Shown here in pieces: positions 37,556 to 41,233 of a DNA stretch of 41,233 nucleotides. This DNA comes from Chiloscyllium plagiosum. Lineage: Eukaryota. The DNA lies in assembly GCF_004010195.1 (NCBI RefSeq), contig NC_057750.1, positions 6,093,151 to 6,134,383 of the forward strand, written 5' to 3'. The notes beneath the pieces are model-generated. The model did no database searches. It was not told where the DNA came from and was given only the letters and a program-made list of their open reading frames with translations. A program made the position numbers and the translations under genes. Positions within the stretch are counted from its first letter, which is position 1. Each line of letters starts with the position of its first letter.

Positions 37556-38240
37556 TCAAGACAGCAATATCCAGTCCCTCCATATTTTAAGAAGGATTTA
37601 CTTGAGGAGAGGTAGACCAAAGATTTACTCGGTTGGTCCCTGAGCTGACAGGATTGTCTGTATGATGTGAGGCTGGGGAGTCTTTATTTCGGAGAATGAG
37701 AGGGAGATTCTAAAAGGAGCTTGGCACACCAGACCTTGTGAGATTGTTTCCCCTGGAGTCTGAACCCCAGAGTTGGGGGTGGGTTACAGTCTCAGGATCA
37801 AGGGACGATCATTTAGGATTGCAATGGAGGGACCTCCCTTCAGAATTCTCTGACCCAGATGACCGGGGAGATCCCAGCCCACTGAAGATGCAGGTGATTC
37901 AGGCAGACAGGTCCTAGGCCTCAGGGAGGCATGTGAAAGGGATATGGGGAGAAGGCAGAAACCACGTGGTTTTCTATTCCTTCACCAGGGCTGGGTGTCA
38001 CTGGTGAGGCCAATGTTTATTGCCCATCACCCAAGATGGTATTGCATGGTGGAACAGGCTCAAGGGGCAGAATGGCCTACTCCTGCCTACACAGGCCCAA
38101 GCCTAAACGGATTTGTCAATCCATCCATCCTACCATGTAGAACATTACAGAGCAGTACAGGCCCTTCAGCCCTCGATATTGCACCACCCTGTGAAACCAA
38201 TCTGAAGCCCATCTAACCTACACTCTTCCATTTTCCAAGT

Positions 38241-38443
38241 CTATCCGAAAGTCGTGTGTTCCTGTGAAACCTTCCGTAAGCCGAATTCGTGTAAAGCAAA
38301 GAAGCGCTAATTTATGTGGGAAAATTTTCACCTTTCTTCATAAAAGCAAAAATCCTCTTCAGATTTCTTTTGGTTACCAAAAACAGGTACAAATGTAGGT
38401 CTTTCGTAAAAATGAAGTGGCGTAAAGTGAACTTTTGAAAAGT
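38241..38443 (+). mobile_element. Tigger/pogo-like MITE, copy 1
   Basis: Diverged reverse complement of 39729-40261. Confidence 0.6.
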
Positions 38444-38635
38444 AGGCCAGTCCAGTCACATGACCACTGCACAACTGACATATTCATGTCTCTTCAGAAC
38501 CTCATCCAATGAGCCTTGGACCCCATTGGAACTCAACACCCTTATCCCACCAAGAGTCTCAGCTCTCTCTCTCTTCACAGATGTTGTTTAACCCCCTGAG
38601 TGTCCCCCAGAATTGTCTTTATTTTTAGTCCCAAT

Positions 38636-38918
38636 ATGGTGGCTCAGTGGTTAGCACTGCTGCCTCACAGCGCCAGGGTCCCAGGTTCGATTCCTGCCTT
38701 GGACGACTGTCTATGTGGAGTTTGCACATTCTCCCAGTGTCTGTGTGAGTTTGCTCCCACAGTCAAAAGATATGCAGGTCAGGGTGAATTGGCGATGCTA
38801 AATTGTTAGGTGCATTAGTCAGAGCGAAATGGGTCTGGGTGGGTTACTCTTCGGAGGGTCGGTGTGGACTTGTTGGGCCGAAGGGCCTGTTTCCACACTG
38901 TAGGGAATCTAATCTAAT
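38636..38918 (+). mobile_element. HE1/V-SINE-type SINE
   Basis: Family similarity. Confidence 0.85.
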
Positions 38919-39335
38919 GTTGAATGTCAAGATGGTGGTCAGGAAAGACACAAATCAAAGAAAGTGAGGTGCAGGATACTTGACATTGGTTTTCCGCATT
39001 TGCTTAGCTCCCCTGAGTCTCAAAGATTGTGGGGTTCCTGGAGAATGGTTACAGGGCGGGGGGGGGGGGCAAAGTCTCGTAGGTTGGTGCCATAGTGACT
39101 GGTTGTCTGTCCTGGGTACCACCAATTGTGAGACTCACAAGAGTAGGCCATTCAGCCCCAAACCCCGGCTCTGCCATTTGATAAGATTTGGTCGTGATCT
39201 CAACTCCACTGAGCATATACTCACTAAAGGTCGTTGCTCGGTAAAAACAATGACTGCGGATGCTGGAAATCAGATTCTGGATCAGTGGTGCTGGAAGAGC
39301 ACAGCAGTTCAGGCAGCATCCAAGGGAGCTTCGAA

Positions 39336-39369
39336 ATCGACGTTTCGGGCAAAAGCCCTTCATCAGGAA
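39336..39369 (-). ncRNA. Minimal hammerhead ribozyme motif (second family)
   Basis: Minus strand TTC-CTGATGA-A-GGGC tttt GCCC-GAAA-CGTC-GAT: ACGT palindrome, GUC cleavage triplet, weak stem I. Confidence 0.7.
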
Positions 39370-39728
39370 AGGGTTGTTTCTGTCAAGGGAGTGGACTACC
39401 CACGATCAACAACTGAGACGTGACCCTAGTACAGGCGACCTGAGAGATGGGGTTTGATAGGACAGAGGTAGAGAGGATGCCTCCATTTGTGCGCAGAGGT
39501 CAGTAGATCTTGCGACCATAACATGTAGATGCAGAAACAGGCCATTCAGCCCATTGAGTCTGCCCTGCCATTCAATGAGACCTAATCATGCTCGATTCCA
39601 CTTTCCTGCCTTTTCCCCATGACGCTCGCTTCCCATTCGGATTATTTATTAACAGCCCTAATTATCAATGGTCACTGATAAATGGGAAGGCAGTGGTGTA
39701 GTGGTCATGTGACTGGACTGGCCTCGTA

Positions 39729-40262
39729 CACTTTTCGAAAGTTTGCTTTACGCCACTTCACTGTTACGAAAGACCTACGCTTGTGGGCGGCACGGTGGCA
39801 CAGTGGTTAGCACTGCTGCCTCACAGCGCCAGAGACCCGGGTTCAATTCCCGCCTCAGGCGACTGACTGTGTGGAGTTTGCACGTTCTCCCCGTGTCTGC
39901 GTGGGTTTCCTCCGGGTGCTCCGGTTTCCTCCCACAGTCACAAAGATGTGCAGGGCCAGGTGAATTGGCCATACTAAAATTGCCCGTAGTGTTAGGTAAG
40001 GGGTAAATGTAGGGGTATGGGTGGGTTTCGCTTCGGCGGGTCGGTGTGGACTTGTTGGGCCGAAGGGCCTGTTTCCACACTGTAATGTAATCTAATCTAA
40101 TCTACGCTAGTACCCGCTTTCACTAGCCGAAACAAATCCAAAGGGGATTTTCCCTTTTCCGAAAAAAGGAGAAATTTTTCCCATGTAAATTAATGGTTCT
40201 TCACTTTACACCATTTCGGATTATGGAAGCTTTCACAGGAACTCTCTACTTTCGGATACCTG
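39729..40262 (-). mobile_element. Tigger/pogo-like MITE, copy 2 (split by SINE 39785-40101)
   Basis: Minus strand begins TA|CAGGTATCCGAAAG, a TA target and CAG start typical of Tc1-mariner/pogo elements. Confidence 0.6.
39785..40101 (+). mobile_element. Full-length, apparently young HE1/V-SINE-type SINE with 10-bp TSD
   Basis: CpG-intact head GGGCGGCACGGTGG. Flanks CTACGCTTGT (39775-39784) and CTACGCTAGT (40102-40111). Confidence 0.9.
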
Positions 40263-40663
40263 TAAGCCTGAGCTGAGATTTGAATTCACTGAAAATTTGG
40301 AATAAAGCTAATCTAATGGTGACCAAAGCCAATTGTTGGAAAAGTCTACTAATATCCTTCAGGGAAGGGAACCTGCCATCCTTACCCAGTCTGGCCTACA
40401 CGTGACTCCAGACTCACAGCCCTCTGATCAATTAGGTAAATGTTGGCCTATTCCTAGATCCCGTGAACAAATAATTTTAAAAAGGCCAATGGAAGCTTCA
40501 GGAAAATATACTTTCCCAGGGAGCACTGACCACTGCACAAGGAGGGGTTGCCTGAAGGAGTGCTGCTGCATTTAAGGGGCAGCTAGACACATGCACAAGG
40601 AACACAACAAGAGGATAGTGTCCCTGCCTCTAGGTCAGAAGCACGAAGTTCAAGTCTCATTCC

Positions 40664-41018
40664 ATGTCCTTCCTTGCCAGAGGGACTGAGTTTAAAAGCA
40701 GGGAGGTTAGGCTGCAGCTGTACAGGGTGTTGGTGAGGCCACACCTGGAGTACTGTGTGCAGTTTTGGTCTCCTTACTTGGGAAAGGATGTACTGGCCTT
40801 GGAGGGGGTGCAGAGGAGGGTCACTAGGCTGGTTCCGAAATTGAGGGGATTGGCTTTTGAGGAGAGACTGAATAGACTGGGATAATATTCATTGCAATTT
40901 AAAAGAATGGGGGGGGGGGATCTCTTATAGAAACATATTAAATTATGAAGGGAATAGATAAAGTAGACATAGAGAGGATGTTTCCACTGGCGAGTGAAAC
41001 TAGAATTAGGGGGCATAG
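40664..41018 (+). mobile_element. CR1-clade LINE ORF2 fragment
   Basis: [21 protein letters not shown]...LEGVQRR. Confidence 0.85.
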
Positions 41019-41021
41019 TAT

Positions 41022-41233
41022 CTGTGCGCATGAGTGAGTGCGTGAATGAATGTGTGAGTATGTGTGTGCATGAGGGAGTGTGTCAATGTGTTTTCCATGG
41101 ATGGGTGCATGTGAACGAGTGATTGCATATAACTGTCTGTGTATCCATGTGCATGAATATGACAGTGAGAGTGTGTGTGAGAGAGTGTGTGTGAGTGTGT
41201 GTATGTGTGTGTCTGTGTGTGAGAGTGAGTGTC
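41022..41233. repeat. (TG)-rich simple repeat
   Basis: Directly visible. Confidence 0.8.

Overview
Eukaryotic, transposon-rich DNA that is very probably from a shark (inferred from HE1/V-SINE-type, CR1/HER1-type and Penelope-like repeats). Two spliced genes lie on the minus strand. The first is a complete 3-exon TWIK-subfamily two-pore potassium channel, best matching KCNK6/TWIK-2 (20116-19816, 12124-11729, 9112-8799; 1011 nt, 336 aa). The second is the last five coding exons of an HHIP-like gene with a C-terminal SRCR domain (37530-37404, 35149-into gap, 31710-31629, 27026-26944, 25555-24819); its 5' exons were not found in the window. The rest is SINEs, LINE 3' fragments, putative solo LTRs, Tigger-like MITEs, Penelope-like remnants and several mini/microsatellites. 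Most notable: the HHIPL gene may be a third vertebrate paralog with a strongly basic SRCR, several intact minimal hammerhead ribozyme cores are present, there is an inverted MITE pair, and there are deeply nested insertions. Repeat boundaries are approximate. Family names and comparisons with human proteins are from recall, not database searches.
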